From Klebsormidium nitens (taxonomy: Eukaryota; Plantae; Klebsormidiophyceae): a stretch of 64,000 nucleotides of DNA. The DNA lies in contig DF237218.1 of assembly GCA_000708835.1 (NCBI GenBank), positions 53,233 to 117,232 of the forward strand. Reading direction: 5' to 3'. The stretch's first letter is position 1. The number at the start of each line of letters is the position of its first letter. Under the pieces are notes generated by a model that ran no database searches, was not told the origin of the DNA, and saw only the letters and a list, made by a program, of their open reading frames with translations. The position numbers and the translations under genes were made by a program. Shown here piece after piece: positions 36,900 through 48,968 of this stretch.

Positions 36900-38800
36900 C
36901 CCCTCTCTTCTACTCTGGACCAGCCCTTTGAGGATAGGAACGTTGCAAAAACGGTTGGAGAACTTGAGTGCGAAGGGCATCAGCCAGTATCGCCATATAT
37001 GTGGCGTCAGAGATAAGCGTTCTGACAGTCTGCTCGCAGAAAGGACAACTCCCTTTATGGCCGGATATTTTTTGCATGTTTCTGTTCTGCCGGAGTTTCA
37101 TGATCCAGCGCATAGCTCAGGTTTCAAAAAGACCTAGGCGAGGTGGCACAGCAGTGCATTGTCGAGAACCCCATCAACATCTGCGTAGACTCCCAATACG
37201 TTTTCAAGAGAACTGACGTTGCCCATAAATCGGACAGCGGCAGCTGAAACCTCAGATCTGAAAATGGCAGACAAAGGACGAGCATGCGGAATCTAAGTCT
37301 GAGAAGAAGGGCAGGAGCTAATGAAAAAGCATGCTCCAAAACAGGGCTCACAAACCGGCCCTCTTGCGAAGGATGCGAGGCGAATTGAATAGGGCCAAAC
37401 TAAGTGTTAGTGATCATCCCATAAATTCCAGATAGTACAAAGCAGACTCGTTGCGTGGCTGAAGTTTTTGAGCTACTTGGTGTTGGAGGCAGTCGTTGAA
37501 CCGTCAAGATCCGTGCTTCAAAAGCAGGAGGAAGAGACTGAAGAAAGGAGGGCCAACATTGCAGATATCAGTGTCCAGATCTGCCGAGGTCCATGCAAAT
37601 GAATTGCCCAGAAGTAATCGAACTTCCGCTCACCCGAATCCATTTCATGCGTTGTTCCCGTCAGCCTTTCAATCTCGACCAGGCCAGCGCTCGATTCCTT
37701 TCAAGTTGCGGACCCCGCGCCACCACCCTCGAGCGACAGCCAAGACCCTGCAGCGGGCAAATCTGGATAAGTCTCAGCTAGTGTTCCATTTCAAGCGTCC
37801 AGTTGGCGAAGGAAAACGCTTGCTGCACTGATTGCTAAAGCGACTACCCAAGACCCATGCCACGCGAGGGAGCTCCAGGAGACTCCAAAAGTTCCTTCAA
37901 TCAGGACAATGCCCGCTTTCTGTTGTCGATCAATCCTTTGATGAGATTGGTGGGTAGAGAACATGGATACTTTGTTCCTGATCTGTAATTTTGCACTATT
38001 TGCTTCTTGAACTCTCAGGATCAGTCCACCGAACGCACGCCCTGCGACGCAGCCCCATAGGGATTCAATCTGCGGAGCTCATCTGCTCCCTCTTAGCTTA
38101 CAAGTGGGTGTCTCACTTCCATAGCAGAGCGCAGCCACGATTATCAGGTTCTTTAAACCGTCAGCGTGAGACCACAGGACCATGATGAAACGGAGACTCA
38201 TACCTTCTGTCCACAACTTAGTCTCAGGTCTGTATAATGCTGAAGCAGATGTTTGAACCACACCATGCGACACCGTGTCAAACAATTTGGAAAGAGCGTC
38301 TAGAAGAGTAGGATTAAGAAGGCTTACCAGTTGCATACTATCCGACAGCAGGCCGTCCCCCTAGCATGTCCATTCTGAAGACACCCAAGCCCGATGCACC
38401 GTGAAAGAACTTGGCGCCAAACCCCAGATCCTGCCAAGAAAGGTCACAAGCTCAGATGACCTGCTGCCTACATTGGTTACAATTGAGAAGAGAACTGCAG
38501 GCGCTCTTGGCTGAGCTGAAAACTTGTGAGTGTGCAGAAGACACTCTGCAGCTGAGCAGCTGGAGCTTGCAGTCAAGTCCAACTGTTGCGAAGACCACCT
38601 ACTTCAGCCATATATACGGCTCTCAATGACTAAAGAAGAAGCATTGGTGATATCGACTTTGCAGGCTGGTTCGCCTTTCTGTTCCGCGCTTGGCACCTCT
38701 TTGCGCACCTGCCGCTCTCAAAGACGGCCTTCTGAATTGAGACATTTATGAAGTTACTCGTTGACCACCAACACTAATATTGCAGAGGCAAAGCTGGATT
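36900..38800 (+). mobile_element. Decayed group II intron-type RT ORF (copy 7)
   Basis: TLQKRLENLSAKG (~36940, cf. KLQKRIYKAS.RG), SQKGQLP (~37040), IIP*IPD..KQ (~37415), DPCFKSRR (~37510), IADIS (~37560), TTQD (~37845). The 3' boundary is uncertain. Confidence 0.55.
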
Positions 38801-39269
38801 TGAGACTGAGACTCAGATTCAATCCAGATTGAGCTGAAAGTTGAGATGGAAATTTCACTGGCAAATGATCCAGGCACTCCCGTTACTCATGCAGTTTCCA
38901 GGACAAATATCTATGAAAGTGGTCATTGAGCAGAGACTTTGATTGGAACTACCATTGTCCCTGAATGAATCTGAGCAATATACTATATAGTAAGGTAAAG
39001 CAAAGAGCAGGTACTCGATGCTTTTCATCTGACCACCCCCACCCAAAAGAACCAGCTGCTTTGAACCGTCAAGCGGAGCAGAGGTTCTGGCAGCTGTATT
39101 GACTGACCGGCCACACAAATTTTTGAATATACACCACGTAGGAAGGCTCTCTTTGTTCTGAGAAGTGGAGAGCGGCAGCGTACTCAATGACTGGAAAACC
39201 TGTCACCATGTAGGACTGATGTCAGCAATGCTAGGTCCTGAGCTACTTTTGGGACAAATCAAAATAAAA

Positions 39270-39530
39270 AAGATTGATGCGGCAGAAAACACAATCTCTC
39301 AACCACCATGCCGCCTACTCACCAGATTCTTTGATCAGAGCTCAAACAATCCCCACAGTCCATCTGCGCCCTACGCAGCGCTGCTCGCATTATCTTCAAA
39401 AAGCAGCTTGCAATGGGCTTGCAATGCTGCCTTAAAACCTGCACAAAGTTGCAATGCTGTTGAAGCTGCAAGCTTTCTTGAAATGGAGTCAAGCTCAGCT
39501 GCAGGCAGCGTCCTTGGACCTTGCCAATGC
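39270..39530 (-). pseudogene. Decayed F-box-like paralog fragment
   Basis: Reads LPAAELDSISRKLAAS...FKAALQAHCKLLFEDNASSAA*GADGLWGLF, aligning with LPKDVLSIILWKLA...ATLACKELESSAAENAPDLWK of the 49.9 kb gene. Contains in-frame stops. Confidence 0.55.
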
Positions 39531-40338
39531 CATACTCAACGCCTGCCAGCAGCCTTCGGAAATGCAAAGAAAAACCAAACAAAAAAAACGAATCAAATAG
39601 ATACAACAGCTAGAACCTTCTATAAACCCCGGCCAAATTGCTCCGCGCGGCCGCCTCGAAGGCGGGTGCGCGGCCGCGTAGCGCGCATAAGCGGGCGGCC
39701 GCGATCGGACTTCACTTCTGCCGCGCGCGTTCATTCACCCGGTACTAAACCATCCCTGAACTTTGATGAATCAATATCCAGGTAAATGATAGTCTACTGT
39801 AGTAGCTGGCCGCCGCAGCACCAACGGGTCGACGAGTTCACAGCGTCACAGCAACACTCAAAGCGACAGGTCCACAAGCAACGTATCGAACGTACACGGT
39901 CTGAAGCTGCAATTTGTATGTAACTGGGCGCCATGCTCTTTGAAAGAACGAACAAAGACGTCGGATGGGGCCGACGTCTTTGACTGGTCGTACCGATTCA
40001 CAATGTGCAGCGCCGTTGTGTAGGCGCGCGCCTGTGCGCGGCGCCTACACTGTGTTTACAATCCACCCTTTTGTGACTTTGACACGGCGATCGTACATAT
40101 TTTCGAAATCATGAATGCGTGCACTGCAGTGGCACTGAGCGACTTGCAAGGCCAGTACTTGGAGGAACGGGAGAAAGGCTGCACGAACTTTTGTGTTGAT
40201 CAGTATATACGTGGTGATCAATGCATATGATCAATATGAAAGTTAATTAAGTGGCAGAGCGCAGCCAGACGACATTCAGGGCCCGGTGTTGAACACCAGT
40301 GGACGAGACTCGGTAATACTTGTAAGAAACCATTTAAG

Positions 40339-40436
40339 AAACGTGCAATATAACCTGTTAAATGTATACTCTACTTATATACTCATAAGTGAGTATATAA
40401 GTAGAGTATACATTTAACAGGTTATATTGCACGTTT
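40339..40436. repeat. Perfect 47-bp inverted repeat with 4-nt loop (AT-rich hairpin)
   Basis: aaacgtgcaatataacctgttaaatgtatactctacttatatactca-taag-tgagtatataagtagagtatacatttaacaggttatattgcacgttt; the arms are exact reverse complements. Confidence 0.95.
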
Positions 40437-40599
40437 ATACATATGTATATAAGTATTATATACATGTACTCTGTCTTACGAGTACGCCGTTTCATTGCGC
40501 TTGTCGCGAGTCATCCCCAGCGCCTCGAGCCTCTATGACTAGCCGCTCCTCGCCAGTGCATCTCAGGTTTACCCTGACCATTTCTCCACTCCTCAAGAT

Positions 40600-41915
40600 T
40601 CAATCTTTCAAATCCATTAAGAAAACCCATGCACGGCTGGCTTCGGGCCGTCCATCAACTATAAAGCTAGCGTTAACCTCGTCATTCTTTTTGGCTTGGC
40701 TGCCTGAGTGGCAAGCTGGATCGTTTCGAAGTACTCCGGTCAGATGTATCCACCTCTCCAGGCCACAAAGGAAGCTATTTGGCGGGCCACGATGTATACC
40801 AGCTTCACAAGGAAGGTTCTTCACCGCGCAGCTGGGTTTGTGAATCTCGAATTTCCTTCGCGAGATGAGCAGACTTTCCTCCGTGTACGGACAATTTTGA
40901 GCGCCGCAATGGTGAGACAGCTTTGCAAAGACTTGAATGGAAATGTTATCATCTCCCAAGGGGAAATCAGAGCATTTGTCGTGCCCGCATCTACTGAATC
41001 CTCGCCGAAGCTCCTCCTCCGCTTCGTGTAGAGGAACGAGCGGATGAAGCCAAATGCCCACCGCAGACTGCAAATGGCTTCCGTGATACCATGTTGAACG
41101 AATCCCAACATCAGGATCACAAACCCCAAAAGCGACTGGTCTCCCACGCAATCTAAACAGGACTAGGTATATAGAATGCGTGGAAGGAGAACGTGGACCA
41201 AATTCGCACGTTTCGGACCCTCCCAAGCTTTAGTACCCTGTCGACAGCGCGCGGGGCCCGGGTCGGTGATTCCGGGGCTAAAGTTCGTACCCAGTACAGT
41301 GTACCTGAACCGCTAACCGCTGTGGTCTGTGGGAGGCACCGGGGATCGAGTGCTGGTCCCCTGCTGGCCCCAGTGCAGCCGGAAGGAGCTACATACTTTG
41401 CGCGGTCCTGGGTACAAACCGGTGGGGGTCTCAAAAAGTCCGAATTTGGTCCACGTTCTCCTTCCACGGGTTCTGACGTAGTTCCCCTCGACCGCGAAGC
41501 TGTGGTTGCAACCGAGACTTTCCGCGAAGGAAATCGTTTGTTCAGACGGTCGCTCTTCAGACCCTCTTCTTTCAAGTGTTTGTTCATACAGCTTTTGTTC
41601 AGATCCCGCTGACTTCTGATCCACCCTCAACCATCTGGCTGCCAAAAGGCGCCTGTGCCCACCTAAGAGCTCGATCTCTTCCTCCAGATCAGTAAATAAT
41701 ACCCCGAGCTTGAAACGATACTCTGTAGCAATGGGTGCATAGAAGGCTGACTTCGAGACCTCAGGCGCCTCTTAGATACATGCTGCGGACTCAAGGGCCT
41801 TGCACGCACAGAGTGCGCGCACAAACGAGGGCGGGTCCTGGCAAGCAAGCTTGTAGACAACGATGGAAAGGATCTCGCTCGGAAGGTCCTGCAAAACCTT
41901 AGCGCCACGCTCCAT
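40600..41915 (-). pseudogene. F-box-like paralog (subfamily A) broken by a premature stop and a MITE insertion
   Basis: MERGAKVLQDLPSEILSIVVYKLACQDPPSFVRALCACKALESAACI*EAPE... is colinear with the 43438-44442 protein. After the insertion it resumes LVLFRLRGRPVAFG...RAWVFLMDLKD*. Confidence 0.9.
41170..41478. mobile_element. MITE with 28-bp TIR core and TA target duplication (Tc1/mariner-Stowaway-like)
   Basis: cgtggaaggagaacgtggaccaaattcg at 41179-41206 and its exact reverse complement at 41441-41468. TA at 41168-69 and 41479-80. Removing 41170-41480 restores colinearity with the paralog at ~43990-44010. Confidence 0.85.
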
Positions 41916-43437
41916 CCCTCTAGAACCGAAAAGGCGCCTTGTTGCTTGTTCAACTTTTATATTGGACTTGGACTAGCAAAACAAAAGCGCGGCGAAGTTA
42001 AGCGCGTGGCCAGCGCGGCGGCCGGGCCCGCCGCGCTCTGACAAACCCTCCGTAACCCCCGCGTGACTTATTCGACCGGGCTGTCACGCGGCCGCCCTTC
42101 GAGGAAGCTTCCGATCGCCACGCGGCCGGCCGGGCAGAGTGGGGCCACTGGCAAAACGTGGCCACACACGGGAAAAGCAGAACCCTTCGCTCAACGGCCA
42201 GCTCGCGGTCGTTTGTTCGCTAGAAGAGGTTGCGGAGGGTGCAAGTGAAGTCTCGGCCGCTGGGCCATACGCCCACGCAACCGCTTTGGTCAGCAATTTA
42301 CTCATGTCGTGGGGCGGATCATCAAGTACCACTTTTTCGAGATTGATACCATTGGTTGCGGAATCATGACTGTTGCATACTTTAATGTTAGCTGATGTCC
42401 ATATTGATTAATTATCCCTTAATTGGCATCGGACGACCGCGTGCGGGGTGTCCAGTAGTCGCTTCTTGCAGGATACTCTACCAAAGAAGTCTTGAGAGGC
42501 AGACGGACCGGCTACTCGCACTTTAGTCAGCAACTTGACTTACCTAATACTGTAATGTCTCCGATCGGAATAAATCTGCCATCGACGAATTTGTTGTCGA
42601 AGTTGCTACGACACAGACCTTGACCTCCTCGGTATCTGGTTTTAGTCCAATGAAAGTTTACTGTGATTTGATGACCACAGATACAAGACGAGAGAAGCCG
42701 TTCAAACCAATGACGTGATTACGTAGTCATCCTCTTTCTGTCCCTTGTGCAAAGGAAATTTAAATGAGGCGCAACTTTGAGGGATTGAAGACAATCGGAC
42801 TCCTTATTGTGCAATCTCACAATCTCAGCAACTTGAATTTTCCAAAGGCTTCCGAAAAGCACAAGTAATTTCCGCGAGACAGATGCCATGCAAGGTACGC
42901 GTCAACGGATGCGTAGAGTCCAATATGCTTGAGAAGTTTGGTCCGTCCGGCTATCACGTTTGAATGTGCACTCATTTGAGACATCGATGCCCGTCAAACT
43001 TCGATCTAGGACCAGACCGGGTTGAGAACCGTATCGAAACCCGTCTTCTGGACTGTATCTGCGGCCGTTGCTATGATGAGCTGAATGCCATTTTTTCGTC
43101 ACCGTCTCCATGGGTTGCTATATGATAGCGTAACATGCAATCCCGCGGCTTGAGAAACCTTGAAGATTTCGCCGGGTGGCAATATAGCACGTAGCGAAGA
43201 TAGGTGGGGAAGTGAATCAAGAACCATAAGACGAAGCGCAACAACGTGGTACAGCCGTGATGAAGAATACCGGGGACGACAATCTCCCCGAGAAAGACAC
43301 TGAAACTTAAACTTGTAAAGTAGCGTCAATCCTAGACTCTACTTAAGGGAACGTAATTCCACTGCGCTTCTCACTACTCATTCTCAGCGCCTCCTCTATG
43401 CTTCGGCGCAACTTATTAGCAGTTTCTTTACTACTCT

Positions 43438-44442
43438 TCATTCTTTCAGGTCCATTAAGAAAAGCCATGCACGGCTGCTTTCGATCCGTCTATCAAAAAT
43501 TAAGCTTCCGGTGACTTCGTCACCTTTCTGGGCATGGCGGTGGCAAGGATCGTTTCGAAGCACTCCGGGCAGATGGATCCACTTTGTCAGGCCACAGATG
43601 AAGCTGTTTGGCGGGCTACGATGTATACCAGATTCACAAGGAAGGTCCTTCACCGCGCAGGGTTTGTGAATCTCGAATCGCCTTCGCGAGATGAGCCGAC
43701 CTTTTTCCGTGTACGAACAGTTCTTAGCACTGCAAAGGTGAGCCAGCTTCGCAAAGACCTGAATGGAGAGTTGATCATCTCCCAGGAAGAATCTAAAGCA
43801 CCTCATGTCGTGCCCGCATCTAGTAAAGCCGCGCCGAAGCTCCGTGTGTGCTTCGTCCAGAGGAACGAGCGGCTGAAGCCAAACGCCCACCGCAGGCCGC
43901 ATCTGGCTTGAGTGATACCATGATGGACGAATTCCATCTTGAGGAGCATAAACCCCATAAGCGACTGGCCTCCCACGCAATCTAACGAGGATTAGGTTCT
44001 TTCCTTCAACCAAAGAGCTTTGGTTGCAGCTGAGACAATCCCCGGACGTATCTTCTGCCAGCTTTTGTTCAGACCGTCCCTCTTCAGACCCTGTTATCTT
44101 AAGGCTTTGTTCATCCAGCTTTTGTTCAGATTCCGCCGACGTGTGATTCACCTTCGACCATCGCCCCGCTAAAAGGCACCTGTGCCCGCCCAGGTTCTTG
44201 ATCTCCTCCTCCAAACCTTTGAGCCCTTCCCCGGCTACGAGAAGATTCTCTGGTCTGATTGCTGCATAGAAGATCGACTTCCATACTTCAGGCGCCTTTA
44301 GACTACATGCGGCAGACTCAAGGGCCTTGCATGCACAGAGTGCGCGCACGAAGGAAGATGGGTCCTGGCAAGCAAGCTTATGGACAACGACGGAAAGAAT
44401 CTCGCTCGGAAGGTTCTGCAGACTTGTAGCGCCGCCCTCCAT
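43438..44442 (-). CDS. Intronless F-box-like protein, subfamily A (334 aa)
   Basis: Intact ORF with N-terminal LQNLPSEILSVVVHKLACQD...ALCACKALE..VWK (F-box-like LP.EIL..I...L...C..W pattern). Two close paralogs lie alongside. Confidence 0.85.
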   Translation of the reverse strand: MEGGATSLQNLPSEILSVVVHKLACQDPSSFVRALCACKALESAACSLKAPEVWKSIFYAAIRPENLLVAGEGLKGLEEEIKNLGGHRCLLAGRWSKVNHTSAESEQKLDEQSLKITGSEEGRSEQKLAEDTSGDCLSCNQSSLVEGKNLILVRLRGRPVAYGVYAPQDGIRPSWYHSSQMRPAVGVWLQPLVPLDEAHTELRRGFTRCGHDMRCFRFFLGDDQLSIQVFAKLAHLCSAKNCSYTEKGRLISRRRFEIHKPCAVKDLPCESGIHRSPPNSFICGLTKWIHLPGVLRNDPCHRHAQKGDEVTGSLIFDRRIESSRAWLFLMDLKE

Positions 44443-45719
44443 TGCTCTTACTATTACCCCTGCATTTTTTCATCCGTCACGACTCTCGGGAGCGCGTTGC
44501 CAGCGCGCTTGTGAGTCCGGTTAAGTTTGAGGTTTGGGTTAAGTTCGCGGTTTGTGGACTGCTTAGTGACTTTCCCAAATCACCCCAAACCTGAAAGAAA
44601 GTCGATCGTTGTCGGCTCGACCGGGTTGCCGCGCGGGCGCCCTCCAGGCTCTGGCAGAAGTCGCGGGCAGGAGCCAAAACGTTTGACGCGTACAGTGAAA
44701 CCCTCCATTCACTGATGGCGGCATGTTGCCATGACGGCAAGTTGCCATCGAGACGAACGGGCGCGGCCGCTGCGCTTTCGCGGCCGCCGCGCGCATCAGC
44801 GTATGCCCGGACTTACATCTGACAGTCGAAGCAGTAGCCCGCTCGTGCTATCAAGGAACGCAAGTGATACCGATCGACAGGAAGCGAGGGATTGCACCTG
44901 GAATAATCTCGCGCAACCCACTGGTCTGGGAAGTGGTCGCAATTCGGATCTAGTATTGCCTGGGCCTACCAACGGCAGGGGTTGCGGAAAGTCTCAGCCG
45001 CTACTCGCCACTTGCAAGGTGTTTTGCTTTGAAGAGTTTGTTTATCTACAATGTTACATGAGTTGTCGCAATTCCTTCGGGGGCGGCTATCACTCATGAT
45101 ATCTTCATATTTTCTAAACCAAATTTTGGACGGACATTTATACCCTGAGTCGAAGTAGTGCGTAGCTTTCAATCTTGATAGTTTGGTGCTTCCGGCTCTA
45201 GAAGCCGGACGGTGCTCAAAGCATGCCCCGAAATACATCATGAGGATCAAACCGATTCAAGGCTTTAAGCCCGCAATTCAGCATTCTTTTCGCGGCCACC
45301 TGTCCAGTCCCAGCAGCGCCGATCACACGGGGCGCTGGCATGCCGGCTTTTCAAATACTGCTAGCTAATATTGCAGAACGTGTTGTCGCAGCATGTCTAA
45401 CACTTCACGAGTACTCGTCGCTTCATTTCATCTCGACAGGTGGCAACATGAAGAAAAATCCTTTCAGGAGCGGCGACAAGTTGTTGCCGGTTTTCATAAG
45501 CGGTGCAAGCGGCATCGGGTTACTATATATGCCAAAGATTGTAAGAAGCCTTCCTTTCTATCTGGTAAGTCAGAAATCCAAAGCCTGTCTTTAGCAGTAC
45601 ACATCTAAAATTCTATTTAAAAGTGCTTGTTCGTAAGGTCTTCCACCTCAGGCGCGACGATTGCGCTGCTAGCTGTCCGGTTCCAGACTTATATTGCTGC
45701 CCAGGTTTTTGACTCCTCC

Positions 45720-46733
45720 AAACAACGTTCAGAAAAAAGGCCCAAGGACACATGTCGTCCTCTGGGACAAACTATAATCTCCCTGTGTATTCGTCACCGT
45801 TGAGGACCTGGGGTTAGCATGGATCCTTCCGGAGGACTCCGGGCAGTTTTAGCCAATCCCTGTTGGGGCCTGACCCCCAAGTGACAGGGACCTTAAAATC
45901 CATTGCCGCGCCTGGTTCGGAAATTTCAAAAGTCCTTCGCAAAAGGTGAGTTTTGTCCCTGTAGGAACAGTTTTGAGCACTGCAAGAGTGAGATAGCTTG
46001 GTGAATACTTGAACGGAGATCGGTCTGTCTCCCAGCAGGTACTGGAAGCACCTATCGGTTGGATGCCCACTCCTCATAAACCCTCGCCGAAGTTCAACTT
46101 CCGCTTCTTCCGCCGGAATCAGCGGCAGAAGCCCAACGCCCACATGCGGGCGTACAGTCCAAGATCGGATCAATCCTGACCAATCTCGAATGTTTTCCCC
46201 GTTCTCAGAGCATTCATTAAATCGAGCATCATAGCTCCCGTAAGCGACTGGTCTCCGATGCAATCTAACAAGGGGATGAGGATCTCTCCGTCAACCGTAA
46301 TGCTGTGGTTGCAACCGAGGCAACCCACGGTTGCATTTGTTGCCGGCGTCCCTTCAGGTGAATCCTCTTCGATCCCTGTGATCGCACTTGCTCGTCCAAT
46401 AGACAGCTTTTGTCCAAAACCTCCTGACGGGTGCCCCAATTTTATTCGAGCTGCTAGGAGGCTCCGGTGCCGACCAAACTTTGCAATCGTCTGCTCCAAG
46501 CTACCAAGCGCACCACCCTCTCTGAGTGTGACCAGAGTCTCTGTGTTGATCCCTGCGTAAAATGCGGACTTCCAATCTTCAGCCGCCTCTACACTCCATG
46601 CTGCAGACTCAAAAGCTTTGCACGCACAAAGTGCACGCAGAAAAGAGGGCGGATCTTGACAAGCAAGCTTGTAGACCACCATGGAAAGTATCTCCCTTGG
46701 AAGTTCATGCAAGCCTGTAGTTTTGCGCTCCAT
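45720..46733 (-). pseudogene. F-box-like paralog (subfamily A), frameshifted
   Basis: LHELPREILSMVVYKLACQDPPSFLRALCACK...; a 2-nt insertion at ~46275 (atc ccctt gtt aga vs atc ctc gtt aga in the paralog) shifts RLHRRPVAYG...ELRRGFMRSGH into another frame. Early stop at 45814. Confidence 0.8.
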
Positions 46734-48299
46734 TTCTTTCAAACTTGCCATCGTTTTTCAGAAGTCGAAGATAATGCGCGCGTGTTCAACCTCTTGTCCG
46801 ACTACTTGGTCTGCATCAGATAATCGTGCCACGCGGGCGGGTTCCAGCCAGCTTTATTGAGGCTGCGAAACACTGTTAGGTTAAAGCCTTCCAGAACCAT
46901 CTTGGGCTGCCGCGCGGCCGCGTTTCAGAGCATGACCGTGAGCGGCCAGTGCATATCGGCGCCGCCAGATCACGGGCGCGCGCGTGTGCAGCAAAACTCA
47001 GACTTGCAGAGTTACGTAGCCTGCTGGACGGTCTGACGGATGGGCGCGGCCGCCCTCTACCAGCGGTATTCAGGTATGTTGCCACGTACCCAGAAAGACA
47101 TGCTGCTCACGAACGTGCACGGAACGCTGCCGGGATTCCTGTCCCCGTTTAGTGGTACTTAAACTAGATCAGCTAGAAGGGTACCGTTTGCTTGATTTTC
47201 TTTATTCTATAGGATCGTGAGCTCAAACTCATTCTTTCCTTTCTGCGGTGCTTGATGAATTGAAGATAGCGGCTAACGGTGCTGCGCTTACGATACTTCT
47301 TAGAGACGTCACGATCCAGATGGTCGAAACCGTCCTCACGTACCACCCAACAAGTCTGACATGCGGGTCTCCGCTCTTTCAGCCGCCCGCCCCCGTGCGC
47401 TATCCACACAAGTGCGCTATCCACATAAATGATCTCCAGAAGTGCAACAAGTTCAAAGCCCCGCACAATCTGGGGGAACGACGCGAGCGCCCAGAATTGC
47501 AACGCTTCAGGGTCTTGCACGGCGCCGGGGGAACGACTCGCGCGCCGCCCCACGCGTGCTAGCTCCCTACCAGAAACGGCTCCCGATTTTGCAACGCTCC
47601 TAACAATCCAAAAGGGGGGGGAAATCAGCACCCTATCACTCACACTTCCTTGGGCCAGGACGAGATCAGGTACGGCTCTGGGCACCCTCCCTAGTAGATA
47701 TCGGTGGTAATATACCAATGGATAGCCATTGGAATACCGCAACGCAAGAACAATCGACCCGCGCGCTGGATGGCCCGTTGGTGAAACGTCCAAGCGTGCT
47801 CGTGTGCAAGCCGGCCAGATAAGCCGCACTTATTCAGCTGGAAGATAGCAATCTTTGTACTGTTAATGAGACCGTGCTCTATCTCCGGATATTATATGTC
47901 TGGAGTTCATCAAAGGTGTGAAGCGACACGGAATCTCGAAGTTAGGAAAACATCCGACTGCGCGAATCGCGAGGCATCCTTATGTCGTGCCGTCAGGTTC
48001 ATCATATGTTCTAGTTTATGCGCCGCTGGCGCCCTTTTAGAGTACTGGGTCTGACTGTATGGCGTCTCGATACTGCGAGTGATATAGGCCCGGGTAGGTT
48101 CCTGGCCAAGGACACCCCGGTATATCTAGTCTTGTGCGTTTCCCTTGCAAGTAACAAATTTTCGAACGATTTGTACTCCCACTTTCTTGCCCAGGATCAA
48201 AGGCCCTAGCTAAGCTTCCCCTTTCAAGCTTTCCACGCTAAGTAAAGTTGTGTCAATAATGCATGGGAAAGAATGCAACCGGATCACATTCAGCTTAGG

Positions 48300-48830
48300 C
48301 GTGCAAGCTATGCAGATGTCTGGAGTCTCTACTATCTTATGTCATCGCAGCTGTCATTTCGGCTGAAAATGCATGATTTCAACCCGTGCATAAAACAAAT
48401 ACTCTCGCTCTGAAATGCATAGATTGGATGACTCTGAGGGCTTGTGAAAGCCGCCACGAAGAGGCCTCCTCGAGACAATATTTGAATGCATGCTTGGAAA
48501 AAGCTTGCTCCGAGTTGTTCCGGCGCATGTACGGGTCGAGTAGCTGCACGACCGGCGGCCTCATTCGAAGCGTCCTTCATGCACGTCAAAAGAAGGATGG
48601 ACCTTGCCGTCACACAAGCACAGTTTGAATGCTGTGTATACTTTCTAAATATCGCAGGTGCAAAAAGGAAACCTTTGCGGCTGGTCAATATTCCCATGAG
48701 GGCGCTTTCGCTGGAATGCCATGCCCAGACACCGTTTGCACTGTTTCCGCAGTTCAAGATCCAGCACTTTGTCACAACGGTTGGGGCGTACTTAAGATGA
48801 ACACACACGGCTTGATCTCTTGTCACTACT
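48300..48830 (+). mobile_element. 5' fragment of decayed group II intron-type RT
   Basis: DWMTLRAC, ELFRRMYGSSSCTTGG (cf. LAVRRVT.N.GK.T.G), GAKRKPLRLVNIPMRAL...ALFPQF (cf. GK.RPLGIPTI.DRA..ALEP). Confidence 0.55.
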
Positions 48831-48968
48831 AATCACGGGGTCTAATTCTCCCAACCTAAACCGACCTAGTCATTTCTGTGGGATCAAACTATAAAGAGAA
48901 GTTTGATTTAAAGCCCTTCCCGGACGACCGACTTATTCCGAGGCTTCTTTCCAACTAGGAAACAGTAC

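Noticed and set aside
16500-38800. LINE, LTR or Penelope-like origin for the RT relics
   Set aside because: The YGFRPGR, RT0 W..I.W and C-terminal HNH motifs fit group II intron proteins. I saw no APE or GIY-YIG endonuclease, gag, integrase, LTRs or poly(A) tails.
47173-47829. 218-aa minus-strand ORF
   Set aside because: No recognisable motif or paralogy, and long ORFs overlap it on the opposite strand; not supportable as a gene.
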